A DNA stretch of 64,000 nucleotides from Piromyces finnis finn (Eukaryota; Fungi; Neocallimastigomycota): the NCBI GenBank assembly GCA_002104945.1, contig MCFH01000045.1, positions 1 through 64,000 of the forward strand, in the 5' to 3' direction. Numbering within the stretch: the stretch's first letter is position 1; every line of letters begins with the position of its first letter. The position numbers and the translations under genes are program-made. Shown here piece by piece: positions 26,792 through 46,596 of the stretch. The notes beneath the pieces are model-generated. The model searched no databases. It saw nothing but the letters and a program-made list of their open reading frames with translations, and had not been told where the DNA came from.

Positions 26792-28492
26792 GTTAATCAT
26801 TAATTTTAAAGGATAATAATATTTCATTTAATATATAGTATATTTAAGAATTATATAATATAGTTTTTGTTCATTCAAAGTGTAACATAAATTAACGAAT
26901 AGGATTTCTTTTATTATTAAAATTAATAAAAATATATTAATTAAACTTTAAATTTAATTAAATTTTCTATCTATAAAACCAAACCTAAAACATACTAATA
27001 TTTTTTATTAAAACGATTACTTACTTTAATTTTTTTAATTATTCTAAATTTGACAAAATTGAAAATGTTAATTTATTTTCTATTTCAAAAAAAAAAGTAT
27101 TTACCATAATATATCCTTTTTTGACACTACTCTTTTGATAATATTTAATACAAATGTTTTTATATAGAGCTAGGTTGATTTTATCATTATTATGGACAGA
27201 AAATATAAAAAACAATATAAAAACAATTATATAATATATAATATAAAAATAGTATTATTTCTAAATAAAAATTAATTTATATGTTATTTTATTATGAATA
27301 AAATTACATAATATTTTTTATAGTAGTATCTGCAATATTATAAATACCCCCTTATTTTAAATATTTTCCAAAATCTTCAGATGTTTTTTTTTTTTTTCCA
27401 TTTTGAAAACTATAATAGATATAATAATAATAATATCAACACCACAACCTTTCTCTATTAAGTTGTAGCTAATCCTAAGTAATTAATGATGAATAATATT
27501 TTAATTTGAATAATTGGTGATAATAAAAATAGTAAATGAAAAATCCCTAATTTTTAAATAAAATACTAAAATTATTTGTTTCTTAAATATCCTTAATTTA
27601 TTTTTGAAGTCATGGCACATTTATTTACTCCTTAATTTTAATTTCAACCAACCAATTCTTTAATATGTCATTATTCAAAAGGAATATTTTTTTTTCAAAA
27701 AGTAATTTTATAAATTGTAGTAATTCTGAAGAAGTTCTATTATTAATAATGATAGCAATAATGACAATAATAATGAAAATAATAAAGATAAAAAAGAGGA
27801 AATAAAGAGGTCTTTAATATTAGAGAACAGTTAAAGAATAAAAATGAAAAACAATAATTGTATAATTAATAAACATAATATATTGCTAAGTGGCTTATAG
27901 TTTATATATTAATATATATTATGAATTAATACATTTTATATTAATGTTTTATTTTTAAAAAAGGAAATATCATATTAATATAATTTTAATTTAATTTAGA
28001 ATCATTTATTATAAATAATAATTATTAAAGTTTACCAATTCCTAAATCAGTATAATTGTAAATAACAATATAACCAATAATATTAAAATATAGGAATCAG
28101 TTAATTGTTTAATTATTAAATAAATTTCAATTTACTTATTATACTTGATAAGATTAGAATATATTAAAAACCTTATTTACATTATTTTATATAATGTAGA
28201 ATGATTCATAGTTATTGATTGAAACTTAAAATAATAAAATATTAAAAAATGTACAATTATGTAAATATTTTTTTAAATCAGTATATAAGAACAAAAAATT
28301 CACTTTTTATTTAGTTTTTTAATATAAACAATAATATAAAAATTATTTATATTATATATTAATTGCTGGTCAATAATAATTTTACTAAATATTTTAGTAA
28401 GTAAAAATGATTAAAGAAAATAATAAAATTGAAATGAAAATAATTTAGTTTATTGAATATTTAAATTTTAAATAATTTAAAAAATATAGAAA

Positions 28493-30148
28493 ATGTTTAA
28501 GAATCTTAGTATTGCTGCTTTATTAGTAGCTTCAGCAAGAGCTGCATGCTGGTCTTCCTCCCAAGGTAGGAAATATTAATATAAATAATTAATAAAAAAG
28601 GATAGAGAATTAACAAAACTATTATAAATAAAAAGGTTATCCATGCTGTTCTTCTTCTTCAGTTGTTGTTGCCTTTTCCGATGCTAGTGGTGAATGGTAA
28701 ATAAATTGATATGTGAAAATAATAAAAATAATAAAAAAAGAATTTTAAAAGTAATAAAATTTTATATAAAAAAAAAGGGGTGTTGAAAACGGTGACTGGT
28801 GTGGTATTCCAAAGGAAGAAAAGGTTACCTGCTTTGCCGAAAAGTTAGGTTACAGTTGCTGTCCAGATGGTACTACTGTCTCTTACACTGATGGTGATGG
28901 TAAATGGTAAGTGAGATTAAATATAAAAAAATAAATTTTAATAAAAATAGAATACTAATAAAAATAAAAAAAATATAAAGGGGTGTTGTCAATGGTGACT
29001 GGTGTGGTATTGCTGAAGAACAAAAGCCAACTTGCTGGGCTGAAGCTTTAGGTTACAAGTGTTGTCAAACTACCAGTAATGTTGAATTCATTGATACTGA
29101 TGGTAAGTGGGGTTTCGAAAACGGTGATTGGTGTGGTATTAACGGTAATGTTAAGGTTACTACTACTACTGCTAGAAGAACCACCACTACTAGAAGAACT
29201 ACTACTACCACTAGAACTACTACCACCAGAAAGGTCAAGCCAACTTACTCTGTTATCTATGAAACTGGTAAGAAGCTTAACTCTGGTTACGAAAACTGGG
29301 GTTGGGATGCTAAAATGTCATTCAAGGACAGTGCTCTCGTTGTAACTAGTGACAAGGAATCATACGGTGCTGCTTCCATTAAGAAGCTCTCTGGTTACTA
29401 TGGTAAGGGTGGTTGTATTCACTTACTTTGCAAAACTGACAACAGAGCTTTCATTAAGATTCAAGGTGTCCAAGGTGAAGATGAAGAAGATTCCTTCCAA
29501 GTTGGTACCATTAATGGTGACTCTGACTTCACTGAATACCTCTTCGATGTTGAAGATGAATACAGATTCGACCGTATTATTATTCAAGATGGTGCTGCTA
29601 GTGGTGAACCAATTAATGTTAGATACTTAATTTACTCTACTGGTACTTGTGAAGATTTCGTTGCTCCAGTTGATACTAGTAAGGTTCCAGTTACTACTAC
29701 TACCAAGAAGAACAATGTTAGAGCTGTTTACACTACCATCTTCAAGACTGCTTACAGTATGCCAAGTGGTTACGACAACTGGGGTTGGGGATGCTCTATT
29801 TCTTACTCTGGTGGTGCCATGGTTATTAACCCAGAAGAAGGTGAATATGGTGCTGTTTCTCTTAAGAGATTATCTGGTTCCTTCAACGGCGGTTCCCTCC
29901 GTTTTGATATGAAGAACGAAGGTAAGGTTAACGTTATTGTTGAAAACTCTGACAGAGATGAAAAGTACAACGTTGACTCTATTTCTCCAAGTGATGAATA
30001 CCAAACCTACATCTTAGATATTGATTTCGATTTACCATTCGACCGTATCAACTTCCAAGATGCTAAGGGTAGTGGTGACCGTATCTGGATTAAGAACCTT
30101 GTTCACTCTACTGGTTCTGCTGAAGATTTTGTTGACCCAATCAACTAA
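28493..30148 (+). CDS. ncp1: Non-catalytic cellulosome protein, NCP1-like: signal peptide, three fungal dockerins (CBM10/NCDD), Thr/Arg linker, two CBM29 modules; 4 exons
   Basis: Three C-W/F..LGYxCC...DxxGxWGxENGDWCGI repeats after joining exons. The C-terminal module (GYDNWGWGC..YGAVSLKR..GGSLRFDMKNEGKV..SPSDEY.TYILD.DFDLPFDRI.FQDA.G.GDRIWIKNLVHSTGSA.DFVDPIN) matches my recollection of Piromyces equi NCP1 CBM29-2. Confidence 0.9.
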
Positions 30149-30413
30149 ATTAATTAATAAGAAATAATTAATCACTAAAAATGTAGTGATAAAATAAAAT
30201 AAATAAAATAAAAGACATAAATAAATTAGTAATAAACAGTAGAAAAATTAAGTACTGTGTAAATAAATTAAAAAAAAAAAAAGAAATAAAAAAAGAATTA
30301 AAAAATATAAAAATTTTGGATTTAAAAGTGATAATTAAAGTGTTTTTAAAAATTTATTGTTTTAATGAAAGAAGTTCTTTCTTTTAATTTAATAGAAAAC
30401 AAAAGGAAAAATA

Positions 30414-32536
30414 TTATTTATTTAATACATAATCTTCGTTATAAAAATTTTCAATAATATCATTATTTTCGTCATCTTCATCATCACTTTCATTGTTTGA
30501 AGTAGAGAAGTATTTTTTTTTTTGTATCCTGTGGGTTTGGTAAAGTACTATATTATCATTTGAATTATTACTAATTGCCGATGATGATTTTAACGTTGTA
30601 ATACATGTAAGTCTGTATAAATAACCATTAGAGCAAATTGCAATTAATTCAACTTTATTTGGTTCAGTTTCAGATGGTGTATTTTCATTTTCTTTTTATT
30701 AAAATAATATAATATATATATATAAATAATTTGTTTAAAATTACAAAAAAAAAAAAAAAAAAAAAACTATTTATAACTGATAATAGAAGTTAAGATTAAA
30801 AATTTAATATTTACCATTTGAAATTAAAGTATCAACAAATGTACAAATATTACTTAAAGGTAATCGAAATTGAGCCCAACTTCTTTCTATAAAATATTTA
30901 GGTACTATTTTTTGAGAAATTGAATAAATAGAAAGAGGAGCTTGTGGTGCTTTCTTTTCATAATGTGTCATTGTTGTTGTGGAATAACCACCATCAAGAT
31001 AACTTGAACCATTTTTATCATATTCATTTAATTGTTGTTGCCATGCCATAATTGATGTATTATCTATCAATTTATTTTTATTTTTTTTGATTATTTATAA
31101 TTCAAGTAAATATAGTAATATAATATTAATAAATAATTCGTTTAAATGAAAATAAATAATATATATAAAAAATAATTTCATTCCATATATATGTATATTT
31201 GTTTATCATTATATAATTACCATATAAATTAAATATATGAATAGTGCCTTTATTACTGGAAACACATATTTTATTAGCTTTTTTATTAAAATTTATACAG
31301 TAAATTTGAGCTTTATCTGATCCTCTTCTGAATTCATGTATTTTTTGTCTTGTTTCCAAATTAAATATTCGAATAATAGTGCCTTGTTCAGAAGCAGACG
31401 CTACTAATTCACCATTTAATGATATCGAAAGGCATGAAAGAGAAGATTTATGAGCTTGGATTTTTGAAAATGTAGGTATAATAGAATTTTTCGTAGTTGT
31501 TGAGGATGTTGTTGTAGAAGGTATTGGTCTTCCTAGTCGATCATTATGAATAATATTTTTTTTGTATTGTAAATTTAATATTTGAATTTCTCCTTGCATT
31601 TTTCCTGGTAATGCTATTGTAATTCCTTGTCTATCCCTTTTTTTTATGGTAGCTATAGCTACTAAACCTTTTTCATTATAACAGGTTTCTATAATATGAA
31701 TACATTTAGGCTTAGCATGCCCATTATAGATAAACGTTTGTGTTGGTAGTACTACTATTATACTATAAAATTTTTATATTTATTTATATTTATAATGTAA
31801 TGTAATATTAATAAAATTTATACAATATTATTTTGTTAAAAATAATTGACTATTACTATATTATTATTATTTTTACTGTTATTATTTTCTTTCATAAACC
31901 TTACCCATATTCTGTTAGCCTTACTGCTTTTACTTCTACTTCATATTGAATTTCTGCTACTACATTATCATTTGATATATCACATAAAACAACTTTGCTA
32001 GGTGAAAAATAAGAACTAATATCCTTCCCCACAATAGCTAATAAATTTGAATGATATAAACCTTCTACAATAATTAAACCTGGACAATCTGTTAATACTG
32101 GTTGCAGTACTTTATTAATGCTACTACTACCATTATTATTATCATTATAATTATTATTAGTACTATTAATATTTGTTATACTACTTCTTTTTATTAAATT
32201 ATTTCTTGCTTCTAATATGGATTTTGGTTTTATTTTAAAATTATTTGTTAAAGAATTTTGTTTATTTGATAAAATGATAGTTTCGTCTTTTTTATTATTT
32301 CTGTTATCATCAAAATTAACATTATTTGAATTAATATTGCTATTCAAAAAGTCTGGTGAACTACTGTCTTTTTTTTTTTTCTGACTTTCAAAATGTTTTA
32401 ATTCTAGAAGAGGAAGAGTATTAAATATTTTGTATCCATTATTAGTGCCTATCATAAAACAACTAAAATCCTGATTAAAATTTATATAATGAATATTTTC
32501 ATTTTTTTCAGGGTCTATTATAGTTTCTAAGTTCAT
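30414..32536 (-). CDS. HSV2: PROPPIN WD40 phosphoinositide-binding autophagy protein (ATG18 family, HSV2/WIPI3-4-like)
   Basis: [19 protein letters not shown]; [30 protein letters not shown]; FRRG lipid-binding motif; [15 protein letters not shown]. Exons join in frame; stop at 30414-30416. The subfamily call is less certain than the family. Confidence 0.8.
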
Positions 32537-34500
32537 ACTTTATTTATTTTTACAATTCAATTTATTTATAGCAAACAAACTTCATAACTTTTTAATATAA
32601 AATTTCTGAGAAAAATTTAATTTATTTTTTAATTTAAATTTTAAAGAAAAAAAATAAATATATTTTTAAAAAATTTTATTTATATTATAAAAGAATATAT
32701 ATTATAAAAATAAAAAAGTTTTTTTTTTATCACATTCATAAAAAAAAAAAAGTGTTATATTATTTAAACACCTCTATATTGATATTATTAATTAATAAGT
32801 ACTAAATAAATATATATTCTATATACTTTTTCTCTTACTTTTTATTTTTATTTCATTATTTTAATAATAATTAATGGATTATCTTTTTTTTTTTTTTTTT
32901 TTTTTTAACCAGATCATGCTTGTGGATTATATGTTTTTTAGCAATAGCAAGAAATAATATTTCTTTTATAATTTTATATTTTATATTTTATTTATTTATT
33001 TTTTACATAATAATACAAAACTTTTATAAATTGTCATAATGTAATACTAATTCATTTTGAAAATTATTATATAGTAAATTTAATAAAACAATTAAGTGTC
33101 TAAAATAAATTGATAAATTAGTAAATAGTAATGAATAACATTCATATATAAAAAATAATAGCGAGATAAATAAGGAATAAGAAATTTAAAATGCTTTAAA
33201 TCTTTCTTTTTTCTGTAATAGTGATATGATGGAAATGGAAAAAATGTTGTTGCTGATAAATTAAATAAAAATTGATTAAAATCGTTAATTCAATATTAAT
33301 AAATATTTAAATATATGGATAATAAGTAATTAATTAAAATATAAATATATTAAATAATACCATAAAAAAAAAATGAAGTAGCCAATAAAAGAATTAATAA
33401 TATAAATTTTGAAAAAAAAAAAAAAAGAAAAAATTATTTTACGGCAGGCAGTCAATAATTTTTAAGAAATTTGGAATTTGACCGTTATAATGCTTGAAGG
33501 AGGGAAACATTTATGTACTATTAAATATGTATAACCAGATAAAATATATTATATAATATTATATCATATAGAAAACTAATGGATTTTTTTTAAACAAAAA
33601 AACTTTTATAATAAAAATTATAATTGAATCCTAAATAATAATAATAAACAATGTTTTATTAATAATTCCATAAAGAATTATATTCGTATTGTTTTTACAA
33701 AATAAACAATACTTTTTTTATTTTTATTTTAATTTTTTTTCATAATACAATTTAAAGTATTATTTAAAGTATTTTATGTGGAGTATTTAAAAAATATAAT
33801 ATTTTTTTAATATTAATTTTTGTTATTGTTTATAATTTCAATTATAATAAAATGTACCACATTAAAAAAACAAACATAAAAATATTTATATTGATTATTA
33901 TTATTATAACTATAATAATAATAATAAAAACAATAAGAAAGTTAATTTAATAGTTTTTACTTTCATTTTTATGATATTATATCTGAATTTTATTTTTATT
34001 ATATAAAAAAAAGTATAATGAATAAGATAATAATAATAATAGTAATAATACTTTGTCAACAAAAAATAAAATATCTTTTATAATACTTTTTTTTTTAACA
34101 AAAAGATATTTTATCTTTTGTTGAAAAAGTTTTTTTTATACTTAGCACAATATCCATTATAATTCTTAATTCATTAAATTAATATAAAATTACAGAATAA
34201 ACCAATGATTTTTCAATATTATTATAACTTTATCGTTTATTATTTTTTTTTAAAAAATTCCATCGAATCATAAACATAAAGAATTGATTGTTATTATAAC
34301 AATCAATAATTAAATGTTTCTTAAACAATTGATTAATAATAATTCTATTGTATAATTGTTCATATTTAATTTTAAAAAATATATAAAAAGGAAAATTTTT
34401 ACCTAATTTTTTTTTTTTTATTATTATTTTATATACTATAAATTCATATTAAAATAATTAAAGATCAATAAATTATAAATTAATAAATAATAAAAAAAAA

Positions 34501-35524
34501 ATGAAATCTTTACTTTTTGTTGGTTTAGCTACTTTAGGATTAGCCAAATTATCCAATGCTGCTTGCAGTGGTGCCTATGCTCAATGTGGAGGGTAATAAT
34601 TTTTATTAATAAATAATAACTAATAACCTTATTTTAATAAAATAACATAAATATAATTCTAATTATGGATGATTTATTATAAAAATTATTTTTACAATCA
34701 ATAGTAATAATTTCCAAGGTGAATCTTGTTGCGTTTCAGGCTTTCAATGTGTTAAACATAATGAATGGTATTCAAGTTGTCAACCAGGTATTGAATCAAA
34801 TTCCCCTTCATTAAATGTTCCTTCTTCTAACAATAATAATTGGAATAATAATAATGCTAGTATATCTCAAGCAAGTCCAAGCTTTAAATTTTATTCTAAA
34901 TGTATAAATCCAATGGAATGGGCTATTACTTTTGATGATGGTCCAACTGAATATGCTGATGCTATTTTAGATCTTTTAAAAGAAAATAATATTAAGGCCA
35001 CTTTCTTTGTTGTCGGTAATTTATATATGTCAACCTCTAATCCTGAATGGGCAAGAATTATTAAAAGAATGGATGATGAAGGTCATACTATTGGTAATCA
35101 TACCTTTAACCATAAAGATTTAACTGAACTTTCTGCTGATCAAATTATGAGTGAAATGAAACAACTTGAAGATGCAGTCTACCCAATTATTGGTAAGAAA
35201 CCAGTTTTCATGAGACCACCTTATGGTTCTGGTAATGGTAATGAAATTGTTATGAATACTTTACAATCTGCTGGTTATAAAGCAGCTATTACATGGAATG
35301 TTGATCCAATGGATTATAGTAATGGTGGTGATATTAGTTATGCTATTCAAGTTATTAATGAAGCTAAAGGTCAACCAATTATTACCTTAAATCATTTAAA
35401 GTATGGCGGTGCCACTAAAGATGGTATTATTGCTTTAATTAAAGCTGAAATTGAAGCAATGATTGCTAATGGATATACCCCTGTTACTATGGAAAAGTGT
35501 CTTGGTTTTAGTGCCTACAAATAA
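34501..35524 (+). CDS. Secreted CBM1 + carbohydrate esterase family 4 (NodB polysaccharide deacetylase), 2 exons
   Basis: Signal peptide plus CSGAYAQCGG|NNFQGESCCVSGFQCVKHNEWYSSC. CE4 motifs TFDDGP, HTFNH, RPPYG, WNVDPMDY. Confidence 0.92.
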
Positions 35525-36156
35525 ATATTTTATAATTTATGGGGAACAAAATATCCCTTTTTTTTTTCTTTTATTTTAATTTAATTTATAAAAATATTAG
35601 AAATAAAAAATATAATGTATAGTTTATTTTTAAAGTATAATCACAATAAATATTAATTTAATAAATGAATTAATAAATATATTAATAAATAAATAAATAA
35701 ATGGTATACTTATAATATAAAACATTAATGCTCTATAAATGCAGAAAATAAAAAAAAAAAAGTATGATTATAATAATGGTATACATTTTTATCTAAGTTA
35801 TGCTAATAAATACTTTATATTTTTATATATTATTTACTATTTTTATAATAACTTTGTACAATAAATAAAGATTTTTAGTTTAAAAAAAAGAAAAAATTGT
35901 AGGTATTGAAATTTATTAATTATATATTTTTAATATATATATGTACACAATCTTTATTGATTTCTTTTTTTTCTTTTCTTTTTTTTTTTTTTTTTCTTTG
36001 TTATTTAATTACCCCTTAATTATACATTAAATTATTAAAACCATCTATCTTTTAATTCAATAAATGCTAGAATAAGAAGTAATTTTATTATTATTTTTAT
36101 TTCTTTTTTTTTTTTTTTTTTATTTCTTTTTTAGTTTTTTCTTTCTTTTTTTTTTT

Positions 36157-42037
<5,881 letters not shown>

Positions 42038-42090
42038 CTTTTATTCTTTATTATTTTTATTTTTTTTTTTTTTAAATAATGAAGTTGTTG

Positions 42091-42148
<58 letters not shown>

Positions 42149-43248
42149 TAATTTATTTATTTGGTTTTGTATTTTTTCCTGTATTGTTTTATTTATATAT
42201 ATGTATATTAAATAATGTTATTCTTTGACTTTTTAATGTAGAGGGAATTCGACATTTATTTAATTACATATATTTTTATTGATTATTTTTATATTCTACA
42301 TCAAACTATTCCTATTGTTATTTTAAACTTTATTTTTCTTTATCCTTTATAGTTGAATTTTTATTATATTTAATTTGTAAAATTATTTAATTATATTAAA
42401 TATTTTTTTTTTCGAATATAAAGTTTAAAAATTGATAAAAAATGTAGGTATATTGATTTTCAATATCTAATTTTTATAATAAATAATTTCGTTTTTTTTT
42501 TATTTTTTTATTTTATCGAAATTATAATTTCTATTTGATATATTTAATAAAAATAAATATATAATTGTATAATAATATTATTATATAATAAGAGAATAGC
42601 TTTTATTTCTATTCAAGTAGCAATGATAAAAGCATGGATCTATTGAAAGAGCCTCAATATATAATTAAAATATGAATAGAAAGAAAAAAAAAAAAGAAAC
42701 CTTTATTATACTAATTAAAATATAATCTATGTATTATAAATATATATATATAAATATATAAAAATTAAAATAAATCTTATTAAACACAAATGAATAAAAA
42801 AAAATGAATGTATTCTAATCATTATAATTAAGAAGACCACAATTTAAGTGTAATATTGATATTAAAAGATAAATTTATAATCTTCATTGGTTACACTATC
42901 TCTACTGGTTTGTCTCACTGTTTCTTCAGCATTGATACTCTTGACTGCTATTTTAAACTTTTTAGGCATTAGCATTGTTAATCAATAACACAAAATATGA
43001 TTTTGGTAAAACATCCTACAATAACTATCAAAAAACGGAGATACTTTATAAATCCCTGATTTAATTTGACATTTTCTTACAAAGTTCTTTCTATTTCTTT
43101 CCATTATTAATGTTAAGACTTTTTTCTTAATAATTATTTGCATATATTAGAAAAGTTATTATACACTGTGATAGAATTATTATTAACTAAATTAACAATT
43201 TAAACTAAAATAATAGATCATATTTAAATAATCAAAATTATCATCTTC

Positions 43249-43309
<61 letters not shown>

Positions 43310-43329
43310 GTTATCATTATTATTGATAG

Positions 43330-44540
43330 AACTGTTGAAATTACATTTACTGAAAAAATTTAATAGTTGGACTATGTAATTATAATACTTAATATGGAGA
43401 TCTCTAAATGTTGGACAATCTAATAACTAATGCTTAATACTTTGATCTGCACTCTTGCAATATGGACAAACTAGATCAACAAATTTAGCAGCTTTTGCAA
43501 CTCTAGTATCCAACTTGTATCCGCTTCTTACTTTCAATAGCCAGTAGAAACCATAGGTAAACCCTTGGTACTCATATCATATTTTAATAAAATCTTTAGT
43601 TTCAATAAATTTATTATTATCATAATATTGAGCTTTGATTGAATTTCCTTTGAGATCTTTCCAATAAAAAGTTTTTAAATGCTCTAACATCACCATGCTT
43701 CATTAATTTTCAAGTGGTCCTACTTGATTTGTACCATGTATATTTTCTAAATTTAGGAATGTAATTGAAAAAGTATGAGATAATACATTTTGAGTTTTTT
43801 TACTTGTTAAAACATCTAACCTGGACTAATGTGCATTTGGCTTTGGCTGACAATGGAGGAATATTCAAATCTTTTGAAATAGAGTATAAAGATATAATCG
43901 ATACAGCTTTATGAACTCCAACAACCCATCTTATTCTTTTGTTAACATGCTTCTGAGCAATTCTAGATCTAGCTTTGTTGGATCCAAGAAATGGTGTAAA
44001 GTATGAAACTCTGTTGATCACTTGTGAGTTAAGTACTAGCTTTTTGAAAAGAATAGAAATATTAGAATTTCTTAAGAATTTACTGACTGAGAAAAGTCCT
44101 TTCAAAACCTTGTTATTAAGAGCTTTAATTACTAGTTTAAGGGACAAATTCTTATCAAATGGAACACCAAGATAAATGTAGTAATCTGTAGTTGGAATGG
44201 ATTTTCCTGCTAAATAAAATGATGGATCTTTCTTGTTCTGATTTTCTGTTGATTCAAGTTCTAGTGGTGAGAATTTTTGAAATCAATACTATTATTGATA
44301 AGTGATATACCCCGGTAGTTATCACAATCTGTCAAATCTCCCTTCTTAGGAATAGAAACAATACTAGATTCATTCCATAATCTGGGGAAGTCTCCATCCT
44401 AAATACGATTGAATAATTTATGAATAAAATTTAAACTATGAGCATCATTATCTGAAATGACATTACCAGAAGAATTATTATCTATAGTTATTAAACATGA
44501 TGTAAATTGTTTCTGTTTTTAATTATTTTTAATTATTGTA
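43330..44540 (-). mobile_element. Degenerate, 5'-truncated and internally deleted non-LTR (LINE) retrotransposon ORF2 relic
   Basis: RT N-terminal motifs LFNRI*DGDFPRLWNESSIVSIPKKGDLTDCDNYRGISLIN (44290-44420), thumb YIYLGVPF (about 44160-44185), C-terminal zinc knuckle CPYCKSADQSIKH*LLDC (43420-43480). In-frame stops; no YADD segment between the blocks; (AAT)n tract just downstream (43250-43322). Confidence 0.85.
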
Positions 44541-44687
44541 TAAAATTTCTTTAACCTTTACACTATATTTAAAATAGAACTCAAATTAATGATTGTTTTT
44601 ATTTTTTTAACTATTTTATATCTTTATTCTTTTTTTATTTACAAATCTTTAATAATATTTTTTTACAATAAAATATTAAAAAAGATG

Positions 44688-44718
<31 letters not shown>

Positions 44719-44762
44719 GTATATACACTATACTTTATATAATAATAAGTTTTTCTTTTTTT

Positions 44763-44802
<40 letters not shown>

Positions 44803-45337
44803 TGGTATTAAAAAAAAATAATATATATAAAAAATCGTATTATTTAATATTTTTTTTTTATAATTAAAAAAAATATTAAATAAATAATATAAAATTATAA
44901 TAGTTAACTTATATGAAAAACGTTTTATATTTTGATAGATATGTTAGAAATTTTTTAATTAAAAAATAAAAAGACTAAAAATTTAAGATATGTTTGAAAA
45001 TCGCTATAATAGTGTTTTTTTCTTTTTCTTTTTTTTTTTTTCTTCTTCGAAAAATTAAAAAATAAAAAAGAAAAAAAAAATAATTTTACAATAGATATTT
45101 TTTTCGTTGATAAAAAATTATAATAGTGAATGTAAAAGAAGAGAGTAATCGATGATATTATTTATGTTATTATTTTAAAGTCGGTGATATTGAAATATAC
45201 TTTTTTAAGCAAAAACCATTGATACAACTGAAAAGAAAAACGATGAAATATACAAAATGTAAATTTAAAAGTAATTACACTTTTTAATTTACAAATTATT
45301 CATTTCATTCATTTCTATATTGAATTATTTTCGATTA

Positions 45338-46596
45338 TTATTTCTTTAAGGTAGTATCCTTTGAATTTATATTTGCAGAAGTATTTGATGAGGATGATGA
45401 ATTCTTTGAAGAATTTGATAAATTATTTTTGAATAATTGATGGAAAAGAATATCAATATCGATGTCATCTTCTTCTTGTTGAGATAAACTATTATTTACA
45501 CAAGAAAGGAAGGTATCTTCACATATACTTTTTAATGGTTGTGGAGTTGAATTTTTATTTGAAGTGTCTTCTTCTTTAGTATAAGCATTATTACTTGAGT
45601 TAGTACGTCCAGTAAACATACAATCAAGTATATCCCAAGCAGCTAATATCTGTGATTTTTCTTCTTCACTCTTTTCATCATAAATTTCTTGAGTGTTATA
45701 TTTCATTTCATTGTAACTTTTGCATTGCTTTGGAATACTACTAGAAAATGGAACTGGCTCAAGGATACTCTTACGTTCATCTAATAATAATAAAAATAAT
45801 TAATAAATGTATGGTTAATTATTAATTTACTTAAAAATCAAAAATAATAAAGCATATTAAAAAAATTAAAAAAATAACATATTAATATTTAAAAAAAAAT
45901 TGGAAAGAGTCGCCTTAAGGATAAAGGTTTTTTGAAAAAAAAAAAATAACCATTATCTTATATATTTTAATAAATGATATTTTAATTTTGGTAGTTTTAA
46001 TATAAAATACACCATATTCGATTTCCCACTATCTTTACAATCATCAATTAATGAAAATACAATATACAACTTTGAAAAAATGTTTCTTCAATAATTTTTT
46101 GACCCATTATCCAATTACGCCACTTAATTTTTTCAATAAAAAAAAGAATTTTTTAATTAAAAAAAAAAAAAAAAAAAAACAAATGTAAAAATAAAAAATG
46201 ATAAAAAAAATCCAGAATAGAAAAAAGGTATTAAAAGCACCAATTTTTTTTAAAAAAAACGAATGCTTACTTTGTAAAGATTTTATCTCTAATTCATATT
46301 TTATATCATTAAATAACACTGGTCTATTATAAAAAAATCAATATATAAAATAATAATAATTAGTAAATGCATTAACGATGATAAATAATTATTTTTTTTA
46401 TAATTATTATATCTTACCTGTGTTGTGAAAAGAAAATATTTTGGGCCATATCCTTATCCAAGTTAGAAGACTTGTTTCTTCTTTGAGTAATATTAACATT
46501 ACTTAAGCTTAATTTTGAGATAGAAGGGAGGGAGGATTGTAATAAAGAAACAAAAGTATTCTTTACAATATTGCCGCTTAATAATTGTGTATTCAT
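45338..46596 (-). CDS. Hypothetical 3-exon protein, about 225 aa, with a basic Ser/Leu-rich N-terminus (possible mitochondrial presequence)
   Basis: Exons about 46418-46596, 46272-46323 and 45338-45781 join in frame (…FFSQHR|PVLFNDIKYELEIKSLQ|NERKSILEPVP…). No family securely recognised. Confidence 0.55.

Noticed and set aside
33778-33783. CreA/Mig1-like SYGGRG site (GTGGAG) upstream of the CE4 gene
   Set aside because: A single 6-mer; not distinguishable from chance.
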